A model generated the notes under the pieces. It searched no databases and was not told where the DNA came from. It worked only from the letters and a program-made list of their open reading frames with translations. From positions 32,001 through 96,000 of the forward strand of contig JBGANV010000007.1 of the NCBI GenBank assembly GCA_044222185.1: a stretch of DNA of 64,000 nt. Direction: 5' to 3'. Shown here in pieces: positions 55,785 through 64,000 of the stretch; position 1 is the first letter of the stretch, and each line of letters starts with the position of its first letter. Position numbers and translations under genes: made by a program. This DNA comes from Planctomycetota bacterium. GTDB taxonomy: Bacteria > Planctomycetota > GCA-002687715 > CAIWVZ01.

Positions 55785-57661
55785 TCGCCGATGGAGATGG
55801 GGTTCTGGCCCTGGAGGTTGGTGAGGTTCACGATTTGACGGAGGTCGACGCGGAAATCCTGGCCCACGAACGTGCCCGGGGCGGGACGCGCGAGGCGGCC
55901 GGGCGCCCGTTCGGCGATGGCGTCGAGCACCGAGAATACGGCCCGGCGGCGTGCCTCCGGTCCCTCCGTGTGGTCGATGCGTGAAAGGACGTCGCGCAGT
56001 CCGATGGGAACCCGCTCCTCCAGCGATTGGAGGCTGCGTTGAGCGATCCACCGGATGCTCGGGTATCCATCGCCCATGGTGATCGCGAGCCATGCGCGGA
56101 GCCCCGCGCCGAACGCCGGATCGAAGCTCGCGCCACTGCGCCCGAGTGCGGCCGCGTAGACCGCGCGCTGGACGGCGTCACCCGACAGGAGCGAGGCCGC
56201 AGCGTCTGGCAGAGCCGAGGGCGCGCGATCGCGTCGAGACGTCGGGAGCTCGTAGTGATTGCCCCAGAACGCATTCATCCGTTCGGCGACCCAGGTCAGC
56301 GGGCGGTCGAGGTGACACAGCGTGCATGCATGCGGGCGGCCCGCGTCGGCGTCGCGTTTGGGTTCGGGGGATTCGATGCGGTGGCTGCGGTGGATTTCGA
56401 CGATGCCATACACCATGCGCGGCATGTGGCACTCGACGCACGAGGAACCGCTGCTCTGTGGTGCGTGGTGCGTGTGGGCCGTGACGTCGGCCGCGTAGCG
56501 TTCGTGGCATTGCGTGCAGATCTGGTTTCCCGGCAGGTCCGGGCGCAGTTGCCCGTGAGGATCGCCAGCGTGCATGGCGTGACATGACTGGCAGGTCATG
56601 GGGCCGCGCAGGTAGCAGGGCGACGACGTCACGCCCTGGAACTCGTAGGCGGTGAGCCGCGGCGTTCCGTCGGGCCAGAATCGGACGCGGAACAGGTCCT
56701 GGTCCGATGATCCGCGCACGGGCGTCGACTGCGTGATGGGAGACACGTGATCCGTCAGCTTGTCGCCGGCGCGAAAGGTGGGCCCCGTCGTCATCCACGC
56801 CGAGATGCGCTCGATGGGTTCGGGGAGGCGCTGGCCGTGGCATTGGCCGCAGGACGACACGGCCCGTTCCTTGTCGAGGCGCGCCGGGTTCACGATCGTC
56901 GGGTCGACGGGCTTGGAGGCGTGCAAGGCGTATCGCGCCACGGGATCGCGTCGTGCGTCGGAGTGAGCGGCACCCGGCCCGTGGCACGCTTCACAGGCGA
57001 TGCCGAACTCGCCCACCCGGGAGTCGAACTTGTTTCCCGCAAGCCGCGAGGCGTCCGCGTAGTTGAGCATGCGCGGCTCGGGCCCCGTGTTGTGACAGAA
57101 GATGCAGTTCTCGTTCCACGTGGATTTGTGTCCGTCCCAATTCGGATCGTCGGGATGGAGGAAGACGGTGTTCAGGTGCAGCCAGCGCCGTGCGCCCCGG
57201 TGCCAGAGGATCGGCAGCCGAACGAAGGCATCCGTGTCGCCGCGGTGCTCGACCTCGAAGTACTGCTGGTAACGGCGTGAACCCACGAGCAGCGCGACCT
57301 CGGCCCGTCGCCGGCCGCCCTGGGCGGTCGGCAGGTCCATGAAGAAGCGATCACCCTCGCGGAACGGGCGGGCCTCCGCACCTTCGTACCGGACGGAACG
57401 TCCGTCGAAGATGCCTTGGATCGCGGCGGGCGAGGGACGCTGGGTCATCGTCGAATGGAACGTCGCGCGCCACGAGTCGAAGTGGTCGGGGTGACAGGCG
57501 CGGCAGGTGCTCGAACCCACGTAGCCGCCGTCGCGATGGATGAAACTCGCGGCGGCCTCGTGCGCGACGGGATCGTGCCCGAACCGCAGAGCTCCTGCGA
57601 CGAACAGGGGAGCCGCGACGAACGCGAGCACCGAGAGAGCTTTGACGTTGGCTGATGACAT
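55781..57661 (-). CDS. Octaheme c-type cytochrome, N-terminally anchored or exported
   Basis: Eight CxxCH motifs: CRACH, CIFCH, CEACH, CGQCH, CQSCH, CTQCH, CVECH, CTLCH. Confidence 0.92.
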   Translation of the reverse strand: MSSANVKALSVLAFVAAPLFVAGALRFGHDPVAHEAAASFIHRDGGYVGSSTCRACHPDHFDSWRATFHSTMTQRPSPAAIQGIFDGRSVRYEGAEARPFREGDRFFMDLPTAQGGRRRAEVALLVGSRRYQQYFEVEHRGDTDAFVRLPILWHRGARRWLHLNTVFLHPDDPNWDGHKSTWNENCIFCHNTGPEPRMLNYADASRLAGNKFDSRVGEFGIACEACHGPGAAHSDARRDPVARYALHASKPVDPTIVNPARLDKERAVSSCGQCHGQRLPEPIERISAWMTTGPTFRAGDKLTDHVSPITQSTPVRGSSDQDLFRVRFWPDGTPRLTAYEFQGVTSSPCYLRGPMTCQSCHAMHAGDPHGQLRPDLPGNQICTQCHERYAADVTAHTHHAPQSSGSSCVECHMPRMVYGIVEIHRSHRIESPEPKRDADAGRPHACTLCHLDRPLTWVAERMNAFWGNHYELPTSRRDRAPSALPDAAASLLSGDAVQRAVYAAALGRSGASFDPAFGAGLRAWLAITMGDGYPSIRWIAQRSLQSLEERVPIGLRDVLSRIDHTEGPEARRRAVFSVLDAIAERAPGRLARPAPGTFVGQDFRVDLRQIVNLTNLQGQNPISIGE

Positions 57662-57703
57662 CGTGTCGGCGCAGAGCGCGAGGTTCGTATCTTACGCGCC
57701 GCG

Positions 57704-59200
57704 ATGAGTGATGACCTCGGGATCGATGACCGGTTCGACGTCGCCGTCGTGGGCGCCGGGTTCGGGGGCATGGGTGCCGCGCTCGCATGTGCGGAGACGG
57801 GCCTCCGGGTCGTGATCTTCGAGGCGCTGAACTATCCCGGCGGATGCGCGGCCACCTTCGCGCGTGACGGGTATCGGTTCGAAGCGGGCGCCACGCTCTT
57901 CTCCGGACTCGGGGCCGATCAACTGTTCGGGCGGTGGATCACCCGGCACGGACTCCCGGTCACGGTCGATTGGATCGACCCCGTCGTCACGTTTCGAACG
58001 GAGGACCTCGAGCTCGAGATCGGCCGCGACCGGGACGCGTTCATCACGCGGCTCTGTGCACTCGATGGCGCTCCGGCGGTAGCCATCAGGAAGTTCTTCG
58101 CATGGCAGGCGCGACTCGCCGACGATTTGTGGGACGTCATCCTCGACCCGACGTCGCTCCCACCGTTCTCGCTGCGTGCGGTCATCCGGCATGCCCTCCA
58201 GGTGAGGAGGAACCTCTCGCTGACGCGCCTCGCGGGGCGATCGCTCGCCCAGATCCTCGATCGGTTCGGACTCGCCGGGTTCGTTCCCCTTCGCCGGTAC
58301 CTGGACGGCCTCTGCCAGATCACGGTCCAGTGCCCGGCGGCCGAGGCGGAGGCGCCGTTCGCGCTCGCGGTGATGGATTACTACTGGCGGGGCACGGGGC
58401 ACGTGCGAGGTGGGATCGGCGAACTGGCGCGCGGGCTGACGGATGCCATCGGCAGGCTTGGTGGAGTCGTGCGGATGCCCGATCGCGTCACGGGGATTCG
58501 ACCGCATGGCGACGGCTGGCGGGTCGAGGGACGTGGTCACGCGGTCGTCGCCCGAAACGTGATCGCGAACGTCCTGCCCGGCAGCCTCCTGAATCTCGCC
58601 CCCTCGGATGCGCTGGACCGACGTCGGCTCGACAGGCTCGATCGAGACGTGAGGCAGGGATGGGGCGCCGTCATGCTCTATCTCGTGGCGAAGGCACCCG
58701 CGGATGCGGCACGAGAGCCGCGCCATCTGGAACTCGTGGCGACCGCCGATGCCCCGTACACGGAGGGCAACCACGTGTTCGTGTCGATCAGCGGTGCGGA
58801 CGACGTCGGGCGGTGTCCGCCGGGATTCCGCACCCTGACGGTCTCGACGCACGCCCCGCTTCGGCCAGACGGCTCGACGGAGGCGGATTGGGCCGATGCA
58901 GTCGCGCGGATCCAGGCTCGCATGCGAGCGACGCTCGCGCTGCGAGCCCCGGAATGGGACGTGGGGATCGTTCACTCCATGACGGCGTCGCCCCGAACCT
59001 TCGAGCGGTTCACCGGCCGAGGGGGCGGTGCCGTTGGAGGGATTCCGAGGCGCGTGGGACTGCGGCAGTACCTGGCGCTGGGACCCGTGTCGGTGGCCAA
59101 GGGCTTGTGGCTCGTTGGCGACTCGACCTTTCTTGGTCAGAGCATCCTCGCCGCGGCGACGAGCGGCGTCCGCGTGGCCCACGCGCTCCGTCCGCGCTGA
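57704..59200 (+). CDS. Phytoene desaturase/carotenoid isomerase-like FAD oxidoreductase
   Basis: VVGAGFGG, PGGCAATF.RDGYRFEAGAT, VRGGIGELA, ASPRTFERFT...GAVGG, GLWLVGDSTF.GQ. Confidence 0.85.
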   Translation: MSDDLGIDDRFDVAVVGAGFGGMGAALACAETGLRVVIFEALNYPGGCAATFARDGYRFEAGATLFSGLGADQLFGRWITRHGLPVTVDWIDPVVTFRTEDLELEIGRDRDAFITRLCALDGAPAVAIRKFFAWQARLADDLWDVILDPTSLPPFSLRAVIRHALQVRRNLSLTRLAGRSLAQILDRFGLAGFVPLRRYLDGLCQITVQCPAAEAEAPFALAVMDYYWRGTGHVRGGIGELARGLTDAIGRLGGVVRMPDRVTGIRPHGDGWRVEGRGHAVVARNVIANVLPGSLLNLAPSDALDRRRLDRLDRDVRQGWGAVMLYLVAKAPADAAREPRHLELVATADAPYTEGNHVFVSISGADDVGRCPPGFRTLTVSTHAPLRPDGSTEADWADAVARIQARMRATLALRAPEWDVGIVHSMTASPRTFERFTGRGGGAVGGIPRRVGLRQYLALGPVSVAKGLWLVGDSTFLGQSILAAATSGVRVAHALRPR

Positions 59201-59250
59201 GCGGTCCGTCCGCGCTCTGCTACCGTGGCGGCCCACGCAAGCAGAGCACC

Positions 59251-60531
59251 ATGCCCGACACCTTCACCACGACCATCACCGGGATCGGCGCTTCCGGCGA
59301 GGGAATCACGCGCCATGACGGCAAGGTCGTGTTCGTTCCGGGCGCGTTGCCTGGCGAGACCGTGCAGGTCGAGATCATCCGCCGTGGCGCGAGTTTCGAT
59401 CGCGCGCGACTCGCTGGCGTGACCGATCCCAGGGGCCGGCGCCCGACGCCGTGTGCGCACGATCACGCGGGTGGCTGCGGCGGATGCGGGCTCCTGCATG
59501 CGACCCGCGAGACACAGGCCTTGATCAAGGCCGGGATCGTTCGCGATGCACTGACGCGCATCGCGGGGATCGACGGTGCGCGGGTCAAGCCGACGCTCAC
59601 GCCGGGGCCCGAGTTCGGCTACCGCAATCACGCCCGGTTCGGCGTGAACGGCGATGGTCGCCTGACGTACGTCACGCGCGCCGACAGCGCGCCCTCGCGT
59701 GATCGCCCGTCCATCCCGATCGACGCATGCGCCGTGCTTCATCCCCAGCTCGACAAGCTGCGCGGAATGCTCGATGGGCGCGTCGCCGGCGCGAGCGAAG
59801 TCGAGCTGCGCATCGGAACGGCCACGGGCGAGAGCCTGGCGATCCTCCACGGCATGACGGCGCTCCCGAGGACGATCGCCGCCGAGCAATTCCCCGGAGC
59901 CCTCGCAGTCTCGCGCGGAGAGCAGGTGCTACCAGTCAAAGGGCTTCCGCAGACTCGTGAAGTCGTGCGCGGCGCGACGTTCCGCGTCTCTGCCAGATCG
60001 TTCTTCCAGGTGAATGCTGCGGGCGCCGAGTGCCTCGTCGACTGCGTGCGGGAGGCTGCCGCCGTTCCGAAGGGCGGTCGCGTGCTCGAACTGTTCGCCG
60101 GTGTCGGACTCTTCGCCGTGGCCGCGTTCGACTCCGACACCGAGGTCATCGCCGCGGAGATCGATCACTCGGCCGCCGGGGATTTTCGCGTCAACGCGGC
60201 GGGGCGCCCCCGCGTGAAGCTCCGCGAGCTGGACGTGGCCGAGCTGCTGCAGGACTTCCGATCCGGCGTCGATCGTTTCGATGCCGCGGTCATCGATCCG
60301 CCGCGGGCCGGTGTCGGTCCCGGGCCCCTCGGACGCCTCGCGCAGCTCCGGATCCCTCGGCTCGTGATGGTCTCGTGTGATCCGGGGAGCCTCGCCCGCG
60401 ACGTGAAGACTCTCGTCGCGAACGGCTACGAACTCGTCGAGGCGACTCCCGTGGATCAGTTCCCGGGCACGGCGCACGTCGAGACCGTCGCGCTGCTCGT
60501 GCCGAAGGGGCGCGCTTCCGACGCTCAGTAG
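59251..60531 (+). CDS. rlmD: TRAM-domain 23S rRNA (uracil-C5)-methyltransferase RlmD
   Basis: VFVPGALPGE, CAH...CGGC, YRN, SFFQVN, LELFAGVG, DPPRAG, VSCDPGSLARD, DQFPGTAHVE. Confidence 0.9.
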   Translation: MPDTFTTTITGIGASGEGITRHDGKVVFVPGALPGETVQVEIIRRGASFDRARLAGVTDPRGRRPTPCAHDHAGGCGGCGLLHATRETQALIKAGIVRDALTRIAGIDGARVKPTLTPGPEFGYRNHARFGVNGDGRLTYVTRADSAPSRDRPSIPIDACAVLHPQLDKLRGMLDGRVAGASEVELRIGTATGESLAILHGMTALPRTIAAEQFPGALAVSRGEQVLPVKGLPQTREVVRGATFRVSARSFFQVNAAGAECLVDCVREAAAVPKGGRVLELFAGVGLFAVAAFDSDTEVIAAEIDHSAAGDFRVNAAGRPRVKLRELDVAELLQDFRSGVDRFDAAVIDPPRAGVGPGPLGRLAQLRIPRLVMVSCDPGSLARDVKTLVANGYELVEATPVDQFPGTAHVETVALLVPKGRASDAQ

Positions 60532-61238
60532 TCGAGCTTCATCGGAAGTCCGGAGAGCACGGACTTTCGCGCGAGCGACGTGAACACGTCGAGGCCGAAC
60601 CGTGCGGCCGTCTTCAGCGCCGTGCCTGCGTCCGGCAGATCCGCGGACGGCTTGCCGAGTTCGGCCGGCGCAGTCGAATAGGCCTCGGCACCGATCTGCT
60701 CCAGTTGGCGCAGCAACTCGTACGAGGACCCGAAATGGCACTCGTCGTTCGACGGCTCGATCGCCGCGAACACGAAGTCGAAGTCGACGGGAAGCCAGAT
60801 CTTCGGCATGAAGACCTGCTGGAAGCGGTTTTCGGCGAAGCCCGCAGCTTGGGCCTCCTTCCACACGGCATCCGTCGACCAGTCCTCGACGGCGGTCTCG
60901 GGCAGGTCCCGCCCGGGCGCATCCAGGTAGACGGAGAGCAGAAGCAGGCTGCCATAGCCGAGCCAGTTCGGCCGGTCGGTGAAGTACTCGCCCGAGTCGG
61001 ATTCGCTCCAGTTCAGCTCGACGGGGCTCACTTCGCCGAGCGCGACCTGAAGCGCGTCGCGCCACACGAGGACGGCGGAACGTACGGCATCCTCGGCAGG
61101 TGCGGGCTCGTCCTCCGTGTGGGCGGGGCGGGGTTTTCGCGACGTGAGCCCGGTCGAACGCGCCACCCGGTCCGCGACGTTGTCCCAGTCACCGCAGTAG
61201 TAGCGGGTGAACGCACCAACGTAGACGTCCAATGGCAT
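60525..61238 (-). CDS. Hypothetical acidic cytoplasmic protein
   Basis: Good codon bias; MPLDVYVGAFTRYY...FGSSYELLRQL...GLPMKLDY; family not recognised. Confidence 0.7.
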   Translation of the reverse strand: MPLDVYVGAFTRYYCGDWDNVADRVARSTGLTSRKPRPAHTEDEPAPAEDAVRSAVLVWRDALQVALGEVSPVELNWSESDSGEYFTDRPNWLGYGSLLLLSVYLDAPGRDLPETAVEDWSTDAVWKEAQAAGFAENRFQQVFMPKIWLPVDFDFVFAAIEPSNDECHFGSSYELLRQLEQIGAEAYSTAPAELGKPSADLPDAGTALKTAARFGLDVFTSLARKSVLSGLPMKLDY

Positions 61239-61294
61239 CGCGGCGCATCGTAGACGAATGCCGGGCCGTCGTCAGCCCAAAGAGCGGGGCGACG

Positions 61295-63289
61295 TCACTT
61301 GAGGGTCGTGCGTGACGGAACCGTCGCGCGCCGCAGCGTCAGGAGCGCGAACGAGGTCTGGATCGTGTCGTTTCGGTTCTGCGCACCCGGCGTGTCCCAA
61401 CCGCCGCTTCGGCGCTGGATGTCGACCAGGAACTCTCCGGCCTCTCGGTACCAGTCGTGGCGACCGACGAACCGCGCGTCCGTCAGCACCATCGACCGCT
61501 CGAGAGTGTAGAGCCAGTAGTAGTCGGGGAAGAACTCGCCCGCTGCGGGCTGGATGTCGACGCGGAAGATCGAGTCCAGGTGGTTGACGGCCATATCGAC
61601 GGCTGCGGCGACCTTCGGCTTGCGCTGGTCTCCGGGGCCGTCGCCCGAGATCCCGTCGAGACCGAGCATCAGCACGGCGATACCGATGCAGTCCGTCGTC
61701 CCGCGCCCCACGGATTCGCGGTGGAGCGGGTTGTAGTTCCACCAACCGTAAGGCATCGCGCGCATTTCGAACTTCGGCCATGCATGGGGATCGACCGCGC
61801 CGAGGGGCTGGGCATACGGGCGCGTGCCGTTCGCCTTCGATTGGAACGAGAGGTATGTGTCGACGAGCTTCTCGAAGGCTTCGCGGGGGACGGTGATTCC
61901 GCATCGCTTCGCCGAGAGAAGTCCGAGCGCGCCGTACTGCGTGTTCGAGGCGTCGGCCGTCTTCGGGTACGCGAGGTAGCTCCAGACGCCCCGGTAGCGG
62001 GCCTTGACGAGCCAGTCGGCGGCCCGTTCCATCGCCTCGCGATCCTTCGGCGCCAACGTGCGCTTGAACGTGAAGTTCACGCGCTCGGCTGGGGGGAGGC
62101 GCAGGAATTCGATTCGCTCGCCGGACGGCGAGGCTTTGTGTTCGAGCGCACTGAGGAAGAGGCCGTTCTCGTAGGTGGACGATGGCGTGTTCGCGAGCAG
62201 GAAGTCGAATGCCTTCTGGATCACGGCCTCGTGCTTCGAGACGCCGGAGGCGAGCAGCGCCATGACGGCGAGGGAGGTTGGGCCCGTCACCCATTTCTCG
62301 GCGCCGAAATTGGTGTTGAAGCCGCCGAAGGAGCCGTCCTCCTTCTGGCGCTTCTTCAGCCATTCGACGCCTCGATCGACGGCGCTGTCGACGCGCGCTT
62401 CGAAGGCCTTCCAATCCTCGGCGTCGGTGACGACCTCCGGCGAGGTCGTCGGCATTTCCTTGAACGTGGGTTCGAACTTCTCGGCGGACTTCTCGCGAAC
62501 CCTTCGGGCACGATCGAAGGCATTCTCGAGCAGATCGCCCAGGAGCGTTCGAGACTCCTCGTTCGAGTCGGACTTCACGCGATCCACCGCGCCCGCGCAG
62601 AGGATGGCGAGGCCTCGACCGATCGAGACTTCCTGGAGCCAGGGGAATGCGAGCTTGTAGCGGTGGCCCAGGATGATGCGCGAGCCTGGGGCACCAACGG
62701 GCGTGTCCACGCCCGCTGCCCAACAACCGTTCCACTTGCCGATGCGGTCGGGGAGGATCGTCTTCGGCTGTGAGAGGAGCGGATGGTGCGAATGCACCAT
62801 CACGACCGAGTCGTAATGCTGCGGCGAGTAGTCGAGCTTGAACTCGGGTTCGAGGAAGCCGAAGGTGCGTCGCTCCTGGGGCTGCTTCAGGTCGGGAAGC
62901 AGCTTCTCGGCAGCCACGTTCCGGGACCAGAACTGGGCGAACATCACGACGACGCCGCCGCCGTTGATGAAGGCCCGGATCGTCTCGCGCGACAGGACGA
63001 GCGTCTTCTGGACCGGGTCCTCGTAGTTCGACCATGAACCGAGGACGAGGACGTCCGTCGATGACAGGGTGAGCTTCCCGGCCCTGGCATCGGCGAGCAG
63101 CGGGCGGGCCTGGACGCCGAGCGAGCCGATCACCGACGCCATGTGGTCGGGGACCATCCCGGACTCGTCGGGCCGCGGAGGCAGCGCCAGGTAGGCGACG
63201 CGAAGGGGTTGCTGGCCGTGAGCGGGATGAGCGGCCAGGAGGAGCGCGCCGAGCGCGATCAGGAGGAAAGCGCGAGGTCGGAGTGGCAT
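61295..63289 (-). CDS. Exported prenyltransferase/squalene-cyclase-like (alpha/alpha barrel) repeat protein with an N-terminal alpha/beta domain
   Basis: AVDRGVEWLKKRQKEDGSF, TSLAVMALL, DASNTQYGALGL, YYWLYTLER, HDWYREAGEFLVDIQRRSGGW, TSFALLTL. Confidence 0.82.
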   Translation of the reverse strand: MPLRPRAFLLIALGALLLAAHPAHGQQPLRVAYLALPPRPDESGMVPDHMASVIGSLGVQARPLLADARAGKLTLSSTDVLVLGSWSNYEDPVQKTLVLSRETIRAFINGGGVVVMFAQFWSRNVAAEKLLPDLKQPQERRTFGFLEPEFKLDYSPQHYDSVVMVHSHHPLLSQPKTILPDRIGKWNGCWAAGVDTPVGAPGSRIILGHRYKLAFPWLQEVSIGRGLAILCAGAVDRVKSDSNEESRTLLGDLLENAFDRARRVREKSAEKFEPTFKEMPTTSPEVVTDAEDWKAFEARVDSAVDRGVEWLKKRQKEDGSFGGFNTNFGAEKWVTGPTSLAVMALLASGVSKHEAVIQKAFDFLLANTPSSTYENGLFLSALEHKASPSGERIEFLRLPPAERVNFTFKRTLAPKDREAMERAADWLVKARYRGVWSYLAYPKTADASNTQYGALGLLSAKRCGITVPREAFEKLVDTYLSFQSKANGTRPYAQPLGAVDPHAWPKFEMRAMPYGWWNYNPLHRESVGRGTTDCIGIAVLMLGLDGISGDGPGDQRKPKVAAAVDMAVNHLDSIFRVDIQPAAGEFFPDYYWLYTLERSMVLTDARFVGRHDWYREAGEFLVDIQRRSGGWDTPGAQNRNDTIQTSFALLTLRRATVPSRTTLK

Positions 63290-63353
63290 GGCAGGAATGA
63301 AAACGCCGTCGCGAGGCTCGTTGCCTTCGCGACGGCGTCAGGGCCGAAGCGGG

Positions 63354-64000
63354 TCAGTCGTCGACCATGTCCTTCAGGACCGTTCCGTCAGGTCCGCGGC
63401 GCAGGCGCTCGAAGGCCGACGCTTCGATCTGTCGGATGCGTTCGGCGGAGACCCCGAGCATCTTGCCGATCTCGGCCAGAGTGTGCGGCCGGTTGCAGTC
63501 GATTCCGAAGCGGAGTCGCAGCACGAGCCGATGACGATCCGGAAGGATCTTCAGGCTGTCGCGGACGAGCGTTCGGATGTCGTCTCGGATGACTTCGGCG
63601 TCCGGGCGCGGCGAGCTGCTGTCTCCGACGAGGTCACCGAGGCGGCTTTCGTCCTCGGGCCCGTAGTCGAGCGAGAGCACGGGCCGCGACACCGACGGGT
63701 TGGCGAGCATGTCGCTCAGCCGGTTCCGGCGGTGCTCGTCCTCGATCATCCGCGGATCATCGAACCCTTCCGGATCCTCCTTGGCGGCCTTGCGGAGGCT
63801 CTGCGTGACGTTCACCGGAAGACGGATCGTCCGGCTCTTGTCTTCGAGGGCCCGAAGGATGGCCTGGCGGATCCACAGGTACGCGTAGGTCGAGAATCGG
63901 ACGCCGAACCGGGCCGAGAATGACTCGGTCGCGCGGATCAGGCCCAGGTTGCCTTCCTGGATCAGTTCGCTGTAGGCCAACGGGCCGCCATCGAACTTGC
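63354..64000 (-). CDS. RpoD/RpoS-family sigma-70 factor, 5'-truncated by window edge
   Basis: ELIQEGNLGLIRA, GVRFSTYAYLWIRQAILRAL..KSRTIRLPV, SLD, VLRLRFGI...TLAEIG..LGVSAERIRQIE. Confidence 0.9.
   Translation of the reverse strand, partial: KFDGGPLAYSELIQEGNLGLIRATESFSARFGVRFSTYAYLWIRQAILRALEDKSRTIRLPVNVTQSLRKAAKEDPEGFDDPRMIEDEHRRNRLSDMLANPSVSRPVLSLDYGPEDESRLGDLVGDSSSPRPDAEVIRDDIRTLVRDSLKILPDRHRLVLRLRFGIDCNRPHTLAEIGKMLGVSAERIRQIEASAFERLRRGPDGTVLKDMVDD

Noticed and set aside
57704-59200. Carotenoid biosynthesis cluster
   Set aside because: Single desaturase-like gene with no crtB/crtE neighbours in the window; substrate cannot be assigned
57934-59250. Apparent 439 aa N-terminal extension of RlmD
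   Set aside because: Out-of-frame overlap with the desaturase gene; the real protein starts at ATG 59251

Overview
High-GC bacterial DNA, most likely an uncultured Planctomycetota lineage (inferred from ECF sigma/Ser-Thr kinase pairs, FG-GAP and WNG-repeat secreted proteins, prenyltransferase-repeat and HEAT proteins). It holds about 40 real genes; most other ORFs in the track are antisense or shadow frames. Housekeeping and metabolic genes include ETF alpha, nhaR/alx, a DMT transporter, tricorn protease, tnaA, a Zn-ADH, an SSS symporter with nagZ, a phytoene-desaturase-like oxidoreductase, rlmD and a sigma-70 factor. They are interleaved with seven large secreted proteins of mostly unrelated passenger folds that all end in a related ~105-140 aa C-terminal domain (CTD), the best candidate here for an undescribed sorting or anchoring system. 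All 12 proteins I judge to be signal-peptidase-I substrates appear to expose Gln at the mature N-terminus, like the Bacteroidota Q-rule. Also present: an ArnT-like glycosyltransferase frameshifted by an exact 14-bp tandem duplication, a structured dispersed repeat family, a REP/BIME-like cluster, an octaheme cytochrome c coupled to a small HxH membrane protein, and an IS1595 remnant. No rRNA, tRNA or CRISPR array was recognised. All calls are by eye; no searches were run.
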